A stretch of 63,517 bases of DNA, the filler included, from Atractiella rhizophila (taxonomy: Eukaryota), in the NCBI GenBank assembly GCA_021432655.1. It is 6 parts of 6 records of this genome, joined end to end, with 100 filler letters (N's around TTAATTAATTAA, not from the genome) between each part and the next. Parts side by side here need not be neighbours in the genome. Positions count along the whole stretch, not along the records: positions 1 to 25,299 come from MU271419.1; 5 more parts are not named here. One strand, given 5' to 3'. Both the position numbers and the translations under genes were made by a program. Shown piece by piece: positions 12,628 through 25,399 of the stretch. Each line of letters begins with the position of its first letter. The first letter of the stretch is position 1. The notes below the pieces were generated by a model. That model did no database searches, was not told the origin of the DNA, and worked only from the letters and a program-made list of their open reading frames with translations.

Positions 12628-15201
12628 ATGTTCACTCCTTCAGCATTGTCCCAGCTATCGATCAACCTTGTATCCCCCATCATCTTTGCTCGTCCCCTCA
12701 CTGGTGCCTCCGACACCCTCAGAGGCACCATATCTCTAAATCTGCACAAAGCCAGGAAGGTGAAAGAGATTGTCGTCACCTTCCGGATCCATTGTACATT
12801 CTCGTTCTCCGGCTGGTCGACGAGGCCGTATTCGCTTGTCGAGAAAGAATGCAGCATTGGGATCGATGGAGAGCTTGCAAAAGGCAACTACTCGTTAGTC
12901 ATGCCTCATATGAGATTGTAGCTTCAGTGACTGAATAGAATAGTTTCGACTTTGCTTTCGACCTAGTTCCCAGTGTAGCACCTGAAAGTCGTTGTCGTCA
13001 TGGTAAGATTTGGGCCCAGGTTTGTCTTCCTTCATTTGTTTTCATCAATGGTTTAACATTCTGCGGTCAGGTGGACGCTGTCGCCAAAAACGGAGGCTTT
13101 GCATCTAACTTGACCGCCTCGTCCATGATCGAAATTGTAGCTACCCCATTTCAGGAAGGTGATCCTCCGCCTCCACCAGTTCAAATTGAAGAGTTCACAC
13201 CTGATCTTGGTGTGCGCACTCTTCTTCGCATCATTCTTAAGCTCAGATGAAGGAGCAGTTACTTTTGATCGACTTCGGCTCAGCTCCTCCCACTGTTGGA
13301 GAAGCTCTCAGCGTTGAATTCTGCCTCCATGCAGCACCGTTGACGCTGCGTATGGAGAGGCTAGAACTCTTCCTCCTTCAAACTCTTGAGCTGCACCATC
13401 CGCTCAATCCAAAAAACATTGCCTGCCTTGAACCCGCCAAGCACCGCTTATTCCGACAAGGAAGGATGTTTTCAACTCAGCAGGAACAAGATGATACTTG
13501 GATGATACGACAAGGCTCAGCCTGGTCCTTCAAGCATTTGGCTAGGTAGATCATCACACTTTGCAGTGTCGTTCCATGTTTGTACTTTGGCTGATGCTAG
13601 GAATTAGGTTTCCGCAGAACGACAGGATTTGTCCTTCGACACTCGAGGGCACGATATCCCCCATCCGATCATCTACATCTTTGTTGTTTGAAGTCACCTA
13701 TCGTCGCGTGAACGAAGATGGGAGTCAAAAAGCAGGGGAAGAAGGTGCAGCAAAAACGCTCTCTCTGACCAAAAAAATCATAATAACATCTTCTGTCCAT
13801 TTTTTTATCCTACTTTCCTCACTCCGCGTCTCGCTAACTTGAATGCATATTTCAGCGGTGCTCCGGTCCAGAAACGCAAATCGAATCAGTCTCTCCTCCT
13901 TCACATATCTCTTCCAGCCCGAAGTCAAAAGTGCCGGCGCTCTCCATCACAACCTTAGCAGAGTGTATCATCCTCCGCCCGCCATTTTCGGCAACGCAAG
14001 GACCCATGATTAGAGGTCTTGTCTTCTTAGATCTGCCTACAACGCGAACAGTCGATGAAGTCGCCGTATCTCTCACCGCGCGATATCAACTCACTCTTCC
14101 AGACCAAGCGGAGCGACAGCCTGTTAAACTTTTGCAGAAGGTTTGTAAGGTACCAATCAAGAAATGCCTAGAGAAAGGTGAACATCAGTACGAAAGACTG
14201 CCGCCTATACAGTTATGAGCTAACTGATGGATTCAATATAGGTGTTCTTTTTCTTTTGTTATCCCATCAAATGCGCCGCCTTCAGAGCTTTGCCTTCAGG
14301 GTAAAATATGGTGGGAGGTTGGTTGGTTCAATCTTCACTCTCTTGCGGCTGTACCGACCGTCAACTGTGGAACAGTTGAGTGCTAGGGCGAAATGTACCG
14401 GAAGTTCCGATATTACTGGTGTGGGCAAATTAGAAGTAGTGGCAGACCCAGTTCCACCTATCGAGACAGGAGATGCCCTTGTTGATGTTCAAATCGAGGA
14501 TTTCACTACCGACCTGGGTGTGCGTCTCTCTTTTTCATGTTGCTTGCGATGAGGCTGAGGGATACCCAGCCTTTCAAACTTGACTACCATTCTCCCATTC
14601 TTAGGCTGGGTGCAGAATCGACCCTCGATTTCATTTTGAAAGAACCTCCTCATGACATTAGAATCGATAAAGTTGAACTTCTTGTGCTACAAGCATTTAG
14701 TCTGCGTGATCATAGGTCTAAGAAGGTCACTGGTTTTGATCCTGTTCGGCAAAGCCTTTTTAAGGATCAACGAGGGTGGTTTGCGGCCAAAGACAGAGAA
14801 TGGCACTTCAGGGAGGCAGTAAAGTACTCTTTTGAATTGTTAAACCATTAACGTTGTTACTGAGCTCTGGAATAGGGCGCCAGATGTGGAGTATATCCGT
14901 CCCACAACCCCAGAAGACTCGGCCACTCCAATTCGAAGCACTTCGTCGCTACTGTTCGAGCTCACGTATCGTATCATACGCCACGATGGAAGTGTCGACG
15001 ACGCGAGAATTGTGTCGCTCAAAAAGAAGATTGTTGTTTCACCGGTGAAGCGTTCCCCTCGAATGTGATATGTAAAACTTATAATCGGGTCAGCGCTCTT
15101 GTTCAATCGAGGACAGATCTCTTCCTTCATACAACGAACTTTTTTCTGTCACTCCTACCAGTGCATCTGTTGACCCTTGCGATGATGACCCACTCTGTTA
15201 A
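12628..15201 (+). CDS. Arrestin-fold protein with two tandem modules
   Basis: LRGTISLNLHKARKVKEIVVTF..LAKGNY|SFDFAF and IRGLVFLDLPTTRTVDEVAVSL..LEKGEH. Both modules carry VQIE(E/D)FTxDLG and PIRSxxSLLFExTYR with matching intron positions. C-terminal LPSY. Confidence 0.7.
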
Positions 15202-15839
15202 ATCCAACGAATTTAATCGCGCTGGAGGATTTTCTTGACCTTGGAATAAGCCTTTCATTGGTAACCCTGGCTTCCATGTTCAGCGCTGCCTGTGACGATT
15301 GTTCCACCTTTATACCCTCTGAAGCTGTGATTTGGAGAGCATCCAGTGATTTTGAATAAAGTGATTCCTTTGATGGGTCTGTTCTGTATCTATGAAGTGG
15401 AGGAGCATTGCTGCAAATCCAAAACTGGCGATGACTGCATAGTTCAAACAGGGAGTGGTTCCCTACCATATACCTCCAAAGATCGGATATGAACTCGTGT
15501 AATTGAGCGATAGTCAGCTCCGGAAAGCTCTTCACAGTGATGCTTGATCCAAGCATTCTCCAGGTCTTCCAGAGCTCCGTCCAACTGCTTCCAGAGCCTC
15601 ATGCGACGAGTCGCCATCAATATTGTCACCATAAGCATCCACGGGAACTAAAATGAAACCACTGATTTATAATTACAGAACTCCAAGAGTTTTCAAGCTC
15701 AAATTGGAGTGTTGAAATGGATCGAAATAAGCTTCAGACTTTCAATTTACTCTGTTATCCAGCCTTATCCATCACGCAACACTACCAATCTCTCTCCTAA
15801 CAATCCATCCAGTGTTGTTTACACCTTCCTGTCGTATCC

Positions 15840-17479
15840 ATGGCTGGCTCGCCACTCGTCTGCACTTTTGGGATGTTCATCCTCGACCAATTCCGCTACG
15901 AGGACATTTGTCCTTCAGATGCCAGCGTAAATGATCGCATAACAGAGCAGATCGGAGGAGGAGGAACATAGTGTGTATTTATATCCCTGGTGGCTCGAAA
16001 CAGAAGCTGATCAACACAATTGTGAGATAAGCAACTGTCGGAGCTCGANNNNNNNNNNNNNNNNNNNNNNNNNTAAACCAGCTACCCTTCTTCTTCTACT
16101 ACCGCTTCTTCCTATTCCTCCCACTCTTAGTCCACGACAACTTCAACCTCTACAACCCTGTCCTCCCACACCCTAAACTACGCTTGCCCTTTAACTACTT
16201 CTTCTTGAACAACACCCTAGGACGCTTCCTCGATATTAACGAAAACTATTACATTTGTTTAAATAAGTAAATAAGAACATTATGGTCGGGGACAAGAGTT
16301 GTTCTCATGACGTTTACGAAAGTATAGATTTAGATAAGAGACAAGAGTAAATTTTCACACAAGAGTCGCTCAAGATGGCTGTGGAGTAAAGGAGGTTGGA
16401 GGCAAGACGTCTAGCTCCGAGGTGCCAGGGGGTAACGAGTCGAGGAGGAAGGAGGGCTCTATCTCGCCCGTCTGGTATAACGACTTACTACTTTGACCGC
16501 GAGTGCGAGGGACGTGCATGCCGTAGTTTCTATAGGTTAAGCAAGGGGGGAAGATTAACGAAACGCTTGCGTCGGTAATTAGGAGGGATGAGTGGGCAGT
16601 GCCACCTACAGTCAGAGGTAGTGTCTCTCTCGTCCCAGTTCCTTCTTACTCCCTCCCTTGCTTGCTCCTTTGGCAACGGACGAGGTCAGTGCAGATGTTA
16701 GAAGAGGAAGAGGAGCCGTCCCCTGTTTCTCCAGGTTATTCCGCGTTAGGTTCGGAAAAAAAGCATAGATGAAGAGTGCTTTCGGGGTACGAGGGGTGTC
16801 GCATGCTGTTGTAGAGGTGGTGGAGAGCATCAGAGGCAAGGGTTAGGGTACAAGTGTTTAGCAAGCCGGTGGAGAAGTTAGTGGAGAGACTTCACTCTGC
16901 TTCTTCCTTTGCCGTCGACCGACCTTCCTTTCTTCTTTAAACGACGGAGGTTTACCAACCCTCTCTTTTGTCGCTGGAAGAAATATGGCAGAACCTCGCT
17001 CCGATTGAGAAGTCCACATGTTGTTAGACCCTAGCCAAGTATGTGATCCTGTCCCAGGGTTAAACCCATGAAGCATCTCCTTCTTAGTGTTTACCTTCTT
17101 TAGAGCCTCTACTACCACTCGCGGCGCAACCCCTTGTCTATTTTACATTCTTGGACCCATCCCTTCCATTCCCACCTCTTTCCCTCTCATCCAGTTCCCC
17201 TCTCTCTGCAGCAGCTCCTCACTCTATAACTTTTGGAGCTCTGGGCAGCTCCGCCATCTATAAGTCACGGACGAGCACCAGAAACTTAGTCAATTACGAG
17301 CAGGCTTCACTACCCTGACCCTCCTTCCTTACTGTGGAACCATCAAAGCGCTCAGCATAGAAGGGCCATCACGGTACGAAGCCGCGGCATCCTTAGCTCG
17401 AAAAGAACGGGGTGAGTATCACGAAGGTCAGCACTGGTGCCAGTTGCTAGTACTCATCGAACCTCCCCGAGTCTTTGTA
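15840..17479 (+). CDS. PfkB/ribokinase-family protein, Mak32-like; exons after 16048 lie in the mirrored block and read 17479 to 16374 without complementing
   Basis: Normal part: MAGSPLVCTFGMFILDQF..QIGGGGT..TVGAR. Reversed part: MFLSPSKLLMIVDRG..VYEPIPDCCTPEEL..FSPNHLEA..VVVRCGEHG..IVDVTGAGNGFL|GGL..SVSASFIIQQYGLP..RRLEEMRCR*. Confidence 0.9.
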
Positions 17480-17521
17480 AGCTCGAGGCTGTCAACGAAT
17501 AGAGTGTAACACAACTAGTCG
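16074..17521. other. Mirrored block B (reversed, not complemented)
   Basis: 17480-17521 is the reversal of 16006-16048 (1-nt indel). Flipping the block in place restores two genes in frame. Confidence 0.97.
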
Positions 17522-18172
17522 CTAATCCAAAACATCCCTTGAATCCACCAATGAATAAATCGCTAGCAATGACCCTATGACAGGGCACTCTCGGCGCGAA
17601 GGGATTCTTCCTCAACGCCTGTCCGACCGCCTGAGCACTCCCACGTCCGTTCTTTCCCTGTTTCATGGATATGTACGATGCGAAGAGACCGTATGTAGAG
17701 ACGCGACCGACGGGGATGGAACAGGTGAGGGAATAGACGAGCAGGGAGAATGAAGAATGAGTAGAGGAAGGCGGTGGCGGATATGGAATGGGAGGAGCGG
17801 TGAGGGAACAGTCAATGACGGATGAGTGAGGGAGGACAGGGTACATGGGATCTGATTCGGACTTCAAGATAAGAGCTTTCTGTTTCTTTCGCCTGTTGCC
17901 TGAGGCTAAACGATTCCTTTAATTTGGACGACAACCATTACCACAAGCAGGGAAAACGCACTATTAGAGATGGAAATGTTAACCTCCTCCTCCTCTAAAG
18001 TTGAAGCATTGCGCTTCTTCCTATTTTTCGGCACTTCTTCACATCTTTCGTCTTCCAAATTCCTTCCCTCTGCCTCCACCTCTTGCATAACACCATCCTC
18101 ATAGAGATCGGGATTGGTAAGCTTCGAAACAATCTGAAACTGCATGTTGACGGGATAAATATTTCGACCCAA
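17522..18172 (-). CDS. MGT1: O6-methylguanine-DNA methyltransferase (DNA_binding_1 domain); last ~54 codons lie in the mirrored block at 16074-16237
   Basis: IPVGRVSTYG..SAQAVGQALRKNPFAPRVPCHRVIAS with the active-site PCHR. Continues in frame as ..GL-DLVDGKK..KLEMLGQEGVGFDANGKL..LWDPAKEL*. Start codon uncertain. Confidence 0.9.
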
Positions 18173-19341
18173 GAAAGGAGGTCAACAAAAGAAACCTGGA
18201 GGAATATTGTGCCTTTTATAAGAGTGAAGGTGGGACGCGACGCGTTGCTGACTCACTTCATTTGACTACGTCACTTTGAACTCCCCAAGCCGTTTATTGC
18301 TTTTATTGTGTGGAGCTGAGCTTAGTCACCCGTCACTCCTTGTCAACCATTCTTCTTGCTCGATTCTTCGTCGCCCTCCGTGGAAAGTCAAGTCCGTGGC
18401 TCAGGGATACTATCCACCTCCCCATCCCTTATCTCCATCCGTCACTCACCTCGCCCTCCTATCTTTTACGTACGGACCCGGTCGTGAGAATTGGGGATCT
18501 GGGCAGAGTGATTGGACATACGGAAAGTGCACGGAAAGCGGGAGGGAGCAGGGAATCTTTTCAGAGTCCATTTTGCGAGGAAACTTGGACATATAACCGG
18601 AAACCGCACTGTAAACTGTGTATTTGTTGAGTTGGGAAGTCAGGAACTGCGTAAGGAATTCGAGAGGTTAGCTTTCTTTGCAGCTTTGTTAGAGGTTCTG
18701 CATAGTTCTTGCTTTCTTGTTCTCTTTCGAGTAGAAGTCGGAAGTTCTTGATTTCACTCCCGAAGACGGAAGGCGAGCGAGAAGCACGTCTTTGTTGAAC
18801 TAGAAGTGCAAAGGTTATTCGCCCAACTGTAACCGTGCGCTCGCTTTAAAGCTCTCAGTCCTTCCATGAAAACCGATCCCCCCGGCCAAAAACCTGAACA
18901 ATCTCAAACCAAAAAAAAGGACAATCCCAAAATCAAAGGACGGCCCCTTTCCGCAGCACCTGTCTCTGCGTACTTTGACTTCTGGCATGGACCTGAGACA
19001 ACGCATTGAGCGTAAATTTGACGCGTTTGATTCAGCTCATGCCCTGTACTTCCCTGTTTCACTTGACCATCGTATTCGGCCATACGATCCGGATAACCCT
19101 CGACGCTCCTTTGCAAGGGTTAACTGCATTTGTTCCGTGGGAGATGAGGTGCATTGCATGAGAGCACAATACAAGAGATTGTACGCATTTGCCGGTTTGG
19201 GGTTCCTGTCTAATTAGAGACCAAGCGATTTTCTGCCTTGTTTTACAGTCTATTAAAAGCGTCCAACTCCTTTCTCTCAAACCTCTGTAGGATTGTTGAC
19301 TGAAGAATCTCAATTGGCTGCGACCAACAGAAGCATCGAAA

Positions 19342-22002
19342 ATGATCCGTCCTGCCCGCCACGACACCAGATCCTCTTCATTCAGCTCACTACCTGGATC
19401 CCTCCACTCGCTGACCAAAGAACTACCCCCTCCACCACCTCCAACTGCGTCAGACTCTCCACCTCCAAACGGCGTTGAACGCTTCTCAGAGGACTCCTTC
19501 CGCCCCCTCCATCCCGTTGGAGAAATCCCCCCACTCGTCCCGGCCAAAGACCATCTTCCTCCCCCTCCTCCACTTGAAGGAGGCGACGTGCGACGACGAC
19601 GCACTCAGTCCACTGCTTCCTCCACTTCCGAGGCTTCGGTGGTCCCGTTCAGCAATTCCCACCAGTCTGCTTCGACGACGTCGGCTGAAGCTGATGCTGG
19701 TGATTTGACAGAAGGGAGGGGGAAGGAAATGACCGCAGTGATGTCACTTGATGCAAACGTGTCTGACGATGAGGTACCCTCTTCTTCATTCTTCCTCCCA
19801 TTGCCACTGATCGTTAGCATGGTGGCATAGACTCCGAAGCCATCGCGCATCCTGGACCAAGACCTGGAACGTTTACGCAAGGGAACCCTTTCGGATTCAG
19901 GCCACGACTTGTACCTCGTTCCCTCTTCCATCCCCCTGAACGATCGCGAATTACGGCGATACGCTATCTCAGAGAGCGGCCATGATGGACACCCGCCAAT
20001 TTCGACGTATCTGAGTGTTCCTGGACCTGCACCCGGCGGCTCTAAGGTGCACAGATACGACATCCCAAACGCGAGATCGTTGGACTACCTCGTCAACCCC
20101 CGACAAACGGTTTCTGAATTCGGTCACGGACATTCAGCAGTCAAGTTTGCGGTTCAGAGACCAACGCCTTCCCCTCCAACACTACCTCATCCCTCTACGT
20201 CGAAACATTCGCACAGTCGAGACTCTTCCTGGTCCTTAGTTCAGCCTTCCTCTTCCGGCAGATCCATGGAGAATGTGCAGTCGACATCTCCCACTCCTTC
20301 GTTCCACCTTCCAACCTCGCGGATCATCCAATCTTTCATTTGGGGGAGGCCCAAGCGGACTCTCCCTCCACAAGATTTGAGCACGGGAGAGGAGGGAGAG
20401 CGACTTAGCATTCGGAGGAGGATCTCAAGGAAGTTGACCAAGAAGAATCGCCCTTCTCAAGCTGTCGTGAAAACCTCGACCCGTTATGGATCGGAGGAGG
20501 ATTGGCTCCAAGCCAGTGGAGGTAGAGTCGCGACGCCAGACTTTCATCCAAAACCAACCATCAAGGTGTCCCCGGATAAAGATAAAAGTGTACCTGCAAC
20601 AACGGGGGAAATGAGTAGAGGAGTATCGCCTGCCAGCCGTGTTCCCTCTCCTTCGCCTAATCCCGATTCCTCTCCCCCATTGAAGTCTTCCCCAGAGAGA
20701 ATCCCCGATCAAGAGCTCACGCGACCATCGACTCCAGGCAGGCGAGCATCGAAGCTGATTCGAAAGTCATCAAGGACTCCACAGTCGCGTCCTCCTGCCG
20801 GAGATGTATACGTCGTTGGAAAGACGCCTTTCACCCTCGTTACCACACCCGATATTTCGCCCATAGGTGCAAACTTCCCATCCCAACCATCGATCAAACC
20901 GGTCGTTGTCCCCACTTATCGTCCTCCACACCGTCCTCCTCCCCTTCCCCATTCCCGATCTAGGAGCAGCGACCTGTCTGCGCTTCAACCTGTTTCGGAG
21001 TTCTTATACCACGACCCCTATCCAAACTCTCAACACTATCGCGATGGAGCTACCATACGGTCCCTGTCACCTTCGCTCGCAGGTTCGCGACAGCCGTCTT
21101 ACGTCTCTCTGAGCGTCAACAACTACTCTGCCCGTACCGTACCTCCAAGTCCACAACATCGTCACTCTCTCCCCGCTAGCCCGAGCGGACAAAGCATGGC
21201 GTATGGCGGCGAAAACTGGGGTGGATGGCCCAGAGATACATATTATATGGCAGGTACGGATGGTACAGGCTTTCCCAACCACGCTACCCCAGCACCCCTT
21301 CCCAACCCTTATTCCCCAACATACCAATCGGAACATGAACACCCACAATACCGTTCGCAATCCCAACTTTCCCTCGCAAGTCGGGTCTCGGATTTCCAAC
21401 CCGTGGGTCAGTTCGAATCAGCCTCAGAGGCGCGGAGACGCCTCGAATCGCTGCACCCGGATTCAGAGGTCCTCATCCTCACTCGTCCGCGTGGTCGTCC
21501 ATCTGACATATCAACCTCAAGTCGTCCCTCGCTCAATCTTCGTCACAGTTCAGGAGTCACGATACCTTCTCCTGTTGGAAGTGAGCCTGATACGCCTGAC
21601 TTGGAGTTGAAGACGAAGAAGCGAACCGTGAGGATGCCGAATAAGTTGAGGAAAAGGACGAGCAGCGCAGCGAAGCTGCCGCCGCAGTTCCCTCTGGATG
21701 GAAGTCCTATTCATCTGAACTTCAACGAGGGACGTTCAACACCTGCGCTTGGACGTCGGAGTAGCTCGAATCTCATCATTCCCGAGACTAAAAGTAGCAA
21801 TGGTGGTGCGACGTTGACGAGGAACAGAAAGAACAGCTCGTCCACTTCTTTGACCAGAAAAAGCTTGGGTGGAGGCATAATGGGTATGAGAAAGGGGAGC
21901 GAACTGTCAATGAAGAAGGATGAAGACATACGACCTCCAGTTAGTACACTGGTGTTGAGCAGACCGCCAATCAAGTCGACTGCCAGCGGCACCTTCGAAT
22001 AA
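19342..22002 (+). CDS. Long Pro/Ser-rich low-complexity protein, unknown function
   Basis: 162-aa and 697-aa ORFs joinable through an intron at about 19773-19829. No domain recognised. Confidence 0.75.
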
Positions 22003-22949
22003 TTTGAATCCTCCCTTTGGGTCGTCTAATTCGATTTTGTGAAGAAATCCACGCCAATTCTTTCTTTAAACCCAAAATATTTTGGTTCACGATACCTGCA
22101 TAGCATAATCTGTCATTTGGAAGTCTTTATGTTGTATTATCACCTAAATTGAATAACACGAGCTGGAACATTCGTTCGTTACATAGCTAGACCACCCCCT
22201 TTTTTCAGCATCATCCTGCAATCATAGCCATCCCTCACACAATGATTGTCTCCAAGCCCAACCTTGAGAATGGTTCTGCAACCCTGAAAAATCCCGACTT
22301 GAGTGCTGGCGGTTGGGAAGCAATTGGCATCGCATTTTGAAACTGTGGGTGACGCATTGCACAATCGTTGCGAATGCCTCCCCATTTTGAGGCGTTGCCA
22401 ATTGTTTTGACAGCGTTGGGACCGCATTTCCCAACTGTTGCTAGAACATTGGGAAATGTGGAAACATTTCAATAATGGACAACTATCTGTCAAGATTGCT
22501 GCAACGTTGCTGCAACGGTTGGACGGTGGTTGGAAGGCCATGCTTGAAGCGTATTTGGGTCTGGGACAGCATGAAGCAACATGGTTCATCAATTTTTTAT
22601 TGTTAAGACCCATTTTGTGTGCGTTCCCTTCCCGTTCCTTTCATTTATTGCAGTTTGCTAATTCTTTGGCAGCCCAGGGCGGAACTGCACTGTTCCTCCT
22701 CCCTCTCCCACGGTTGCCTGGTGGGCCAGACCCAGACCCTCCATCCTCCTCTCACCTCATTGAAAACGCTGAATTTGGTGTAAAAGTTTTAATTCTAATC
22801 GAAATTACTTGAAACGGCGACGATGAATGGACTTTCGCAGCCAAATGAGCATCCCTCGGATGAAGCAGAATAGCACCATGTGTAGCTGTAAGCCCTTTTC
22901 TGTTCTAGCAGTTTGTTCTTAAATCTGCATTGGGCTCAGCATAGCTTAG

Positions 22950-24335
22950 CTTCGTGGCGCTTTCCGACCTCCACCTTGAATCCGCAACGACACCAACCCT
23001 TCACTCCCTCTTTCGCTCAACCGTCACCCTACCGATGTAGTTCCCAGCGCCTTCTCTCTTACCCGTCACCAACCTCTCGCTTTCTCCTTCACTTCCTTCA
23101 ACCGCACCTACGCCACTGCTCCCGAAGCCGAATCAGAAGCACAAGAATCTGCTGCTCCAGAGACTGAGGCCGCACCGCAGGGTCGAAAATGGTCGACAGT
23201 CGAGTCTGCCCTCCATCCCGGGTTGTACAAAGCTCTCACCTCCGCTCTTTTCTCCTTCAAGCATATGTCTCCCTTTCAGGAGGCCGTCATTTCTCTCCTC
23301 GAGTGCGGAAGTGCAAATCCTTCCGTGGGCGGCCCTGTCGACTCAGCACCTTCCACGTCGACGTCGAGCCTCGATCTATATGCCGACGAACCCTCAGTTA
23401 AAGCTACTGGAGGATTGGTCAAGCCTCCCACTCCGGATCTCCTGGTGAAGAGCAAGACTGGGACTGGCAAGACGGTCACTTTTCTCATCCCTGCCATAGA
23501 ATCGAGGATCAAGTGTCTCAGTCTTCAGGCTGAAGCTTATCGTGCTGCCCATCCCGGCGCAAACCAAAAGGAGGTGGATGCCCACATCCGAAAATTTGCC
23601 TCAGAGTCCACCGGTACTCTCAATTTGTCACCCACGAGGGAATTGGCGACTCAAATTGCGAACGAGGCTATCAAGTTGTGCTCTCATCTTCCTAGATTCC
23701 TGGTACAGCTTTTGGTCAGAGGTACAAACAAAAGACTTCAGGAAGGAGGGATATCGTCGTTGCTACTCCTGGGCGAATGAACGATCTCCTCATTACCGAG
23801 CCCATGGTGGAATCGTCGGTTGCGGTCTCTGAGCGATTGATTCTCGATGAGGCGGATACGTTGTTGGGTATGGGTTTCAAGGACGAGATCAAGCGAATCA
23901 TGCTCAAGATGCCGCCGAAACAGAAAAGACAGACTTTCATGTTCTCCGCCACCCTTGAGAACGAGGTCAAGGGGGTCGCACATGCCGCTCTCAACCCGAA
24001 ACCCCTCTTCATCAATACTGTTATGTCAAACGAGAACAAAACCCACACCATGTTCCTCAATACGCCACCGTCGTAGACTCTCCCACTGATGTCATCCCCC
24101 ACATCATGAGGCTCATTGCGCAGGATCAACTCGAGAACCCAAAAGTATACAGAGACATTTGCTCAGATCGCAGCGGCTCTGCGAAGAGATCTTCCGTTTT
24201 CGAGGTCAACTCACGTCTACGAGGAAGAGTCAGGAAAATCGGATTCGCGTCGCGAGAATGTTTAAAGAGAGCGTGGAGGAATGTACAAGGTCTTCGTCAC
24301 TTCAGATGTTTCAGCTAGAGGAGTGGATTACCTGC
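22950..24335 (+). pseudogene. DEAD-box RNA helicase (Mss116-like) pseudogene
   Basis: Q motif MSPFQ, KTGTGKT, SPTRELATQI, ATPGR, DEAD, FSAT, TSDVSARGVD. These fall in several frames with no splice signals between them, and motif VI is absent. Confidence 0.8.
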
Positions 24336-25141
24336 GCAAGCACCTGAGCTATCTCACACATTCTTGCAGAAGCTTGGCATGAGTGGTTCCGGTGGTGGAA
24401 GATCGTCGAATGGATGCTCGTCTCGATCAAATTAGTGGATTTGGACGTGGAGGCGATTTTGGAGGACAGCGCAGTGGATACGGCAGCAGGGACGGGTAGC
24501 AGCGAGGGGGTTACGGAAATTGAGCGAAAGGAGGATACGCACAGGGTGGATTCGGTGGTAGAGCAGGGTTTGGGCAGCAGGGTGGATATGGGAGACGAGA
24601 GGGGCATGGTCAGTCTCTGTTCGAGTAAACAAAATCGGTCAGATGTAAGTCACGACTATCTCTCAGCGTACGTTGAATTGACTTTGACGGTATAGATTAA
24701 ACCCCACTCTCACGCACGTTTCATAGATGTCTTTAATGCAGCATGCTCTTCGTCGTTGGATGGATATTTATTCGTTAATAGTTCGCTCATCTTCCGGGAG
24801 CTGTATCATACACCTTACTCATGCTGCAAATGGTTGCAAACATAATAATCAATCCTCTCCCTTCAACGAAACTTCTGCTCACGAATGTCGCACAGTAAAT
24901 AAATAGGCAAGAACACAAATGCCATTTTTTTTGCAGAACGTTGAAGTTCTTACTATACAAACAGGTGACATTTCATTGTTCATCCAACTCCTACACCGAC
25001 TGAAACCCTTGCAACCACAATTTTCTACATTTGAATGAAATCCACACGGTGACATCTACTACTTCTACTCATGTCTGGTGAAAGTGGACGAATCCTATTC
25101 TTATGTTCAACAATAGTCCCTCGAGGAAAGCCAGACCATAC

Positions 25142-25299
25142 TCACACAGGAATTCCAGGAAGCGGGAAAGAGGTTGCGAAAGCCTCGACTTCCTCCTTCA
25201 ATTCCCTAATCACCCTTGCGCCATCTCCGTTCCCTTCAGCGGTCTTCAAGAAGTCCTTTAACAACTTGCTCTTTCCCGTTTCCTTCTGTACAGTTTCCG
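25142..25299 (-). CDS. Serine hydroxymethyltransferase, 3' end only (cut by spacer)
   Basis: VQKETGKSKLLKDFLK..ELKEEVEAFATSFPLPGI resembles the fungal SHMT C-terminus. Confidence 0.7.
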
Positions 25300-25399
25300 N
25301 NNNNNNNNNNNNNNNNNNNNNNNNNNNNNNNNNNNNNNNNNNNTTAATTAATTAANNNNNNNNNNNNNNNNNNNNNNNNNNNNNNNNNNNNNNNNNNNN
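25300..25399. other. Artificial contig spacer N44-TTAATTAATTAA-N44 (also 36904-37003, 53412-53511, 55196-55295, 62101-62200)
   Basis: Identical 100-nt stop-codon linker occurs five times, and flanking genes are truncated at it. Confidence 0.98.
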
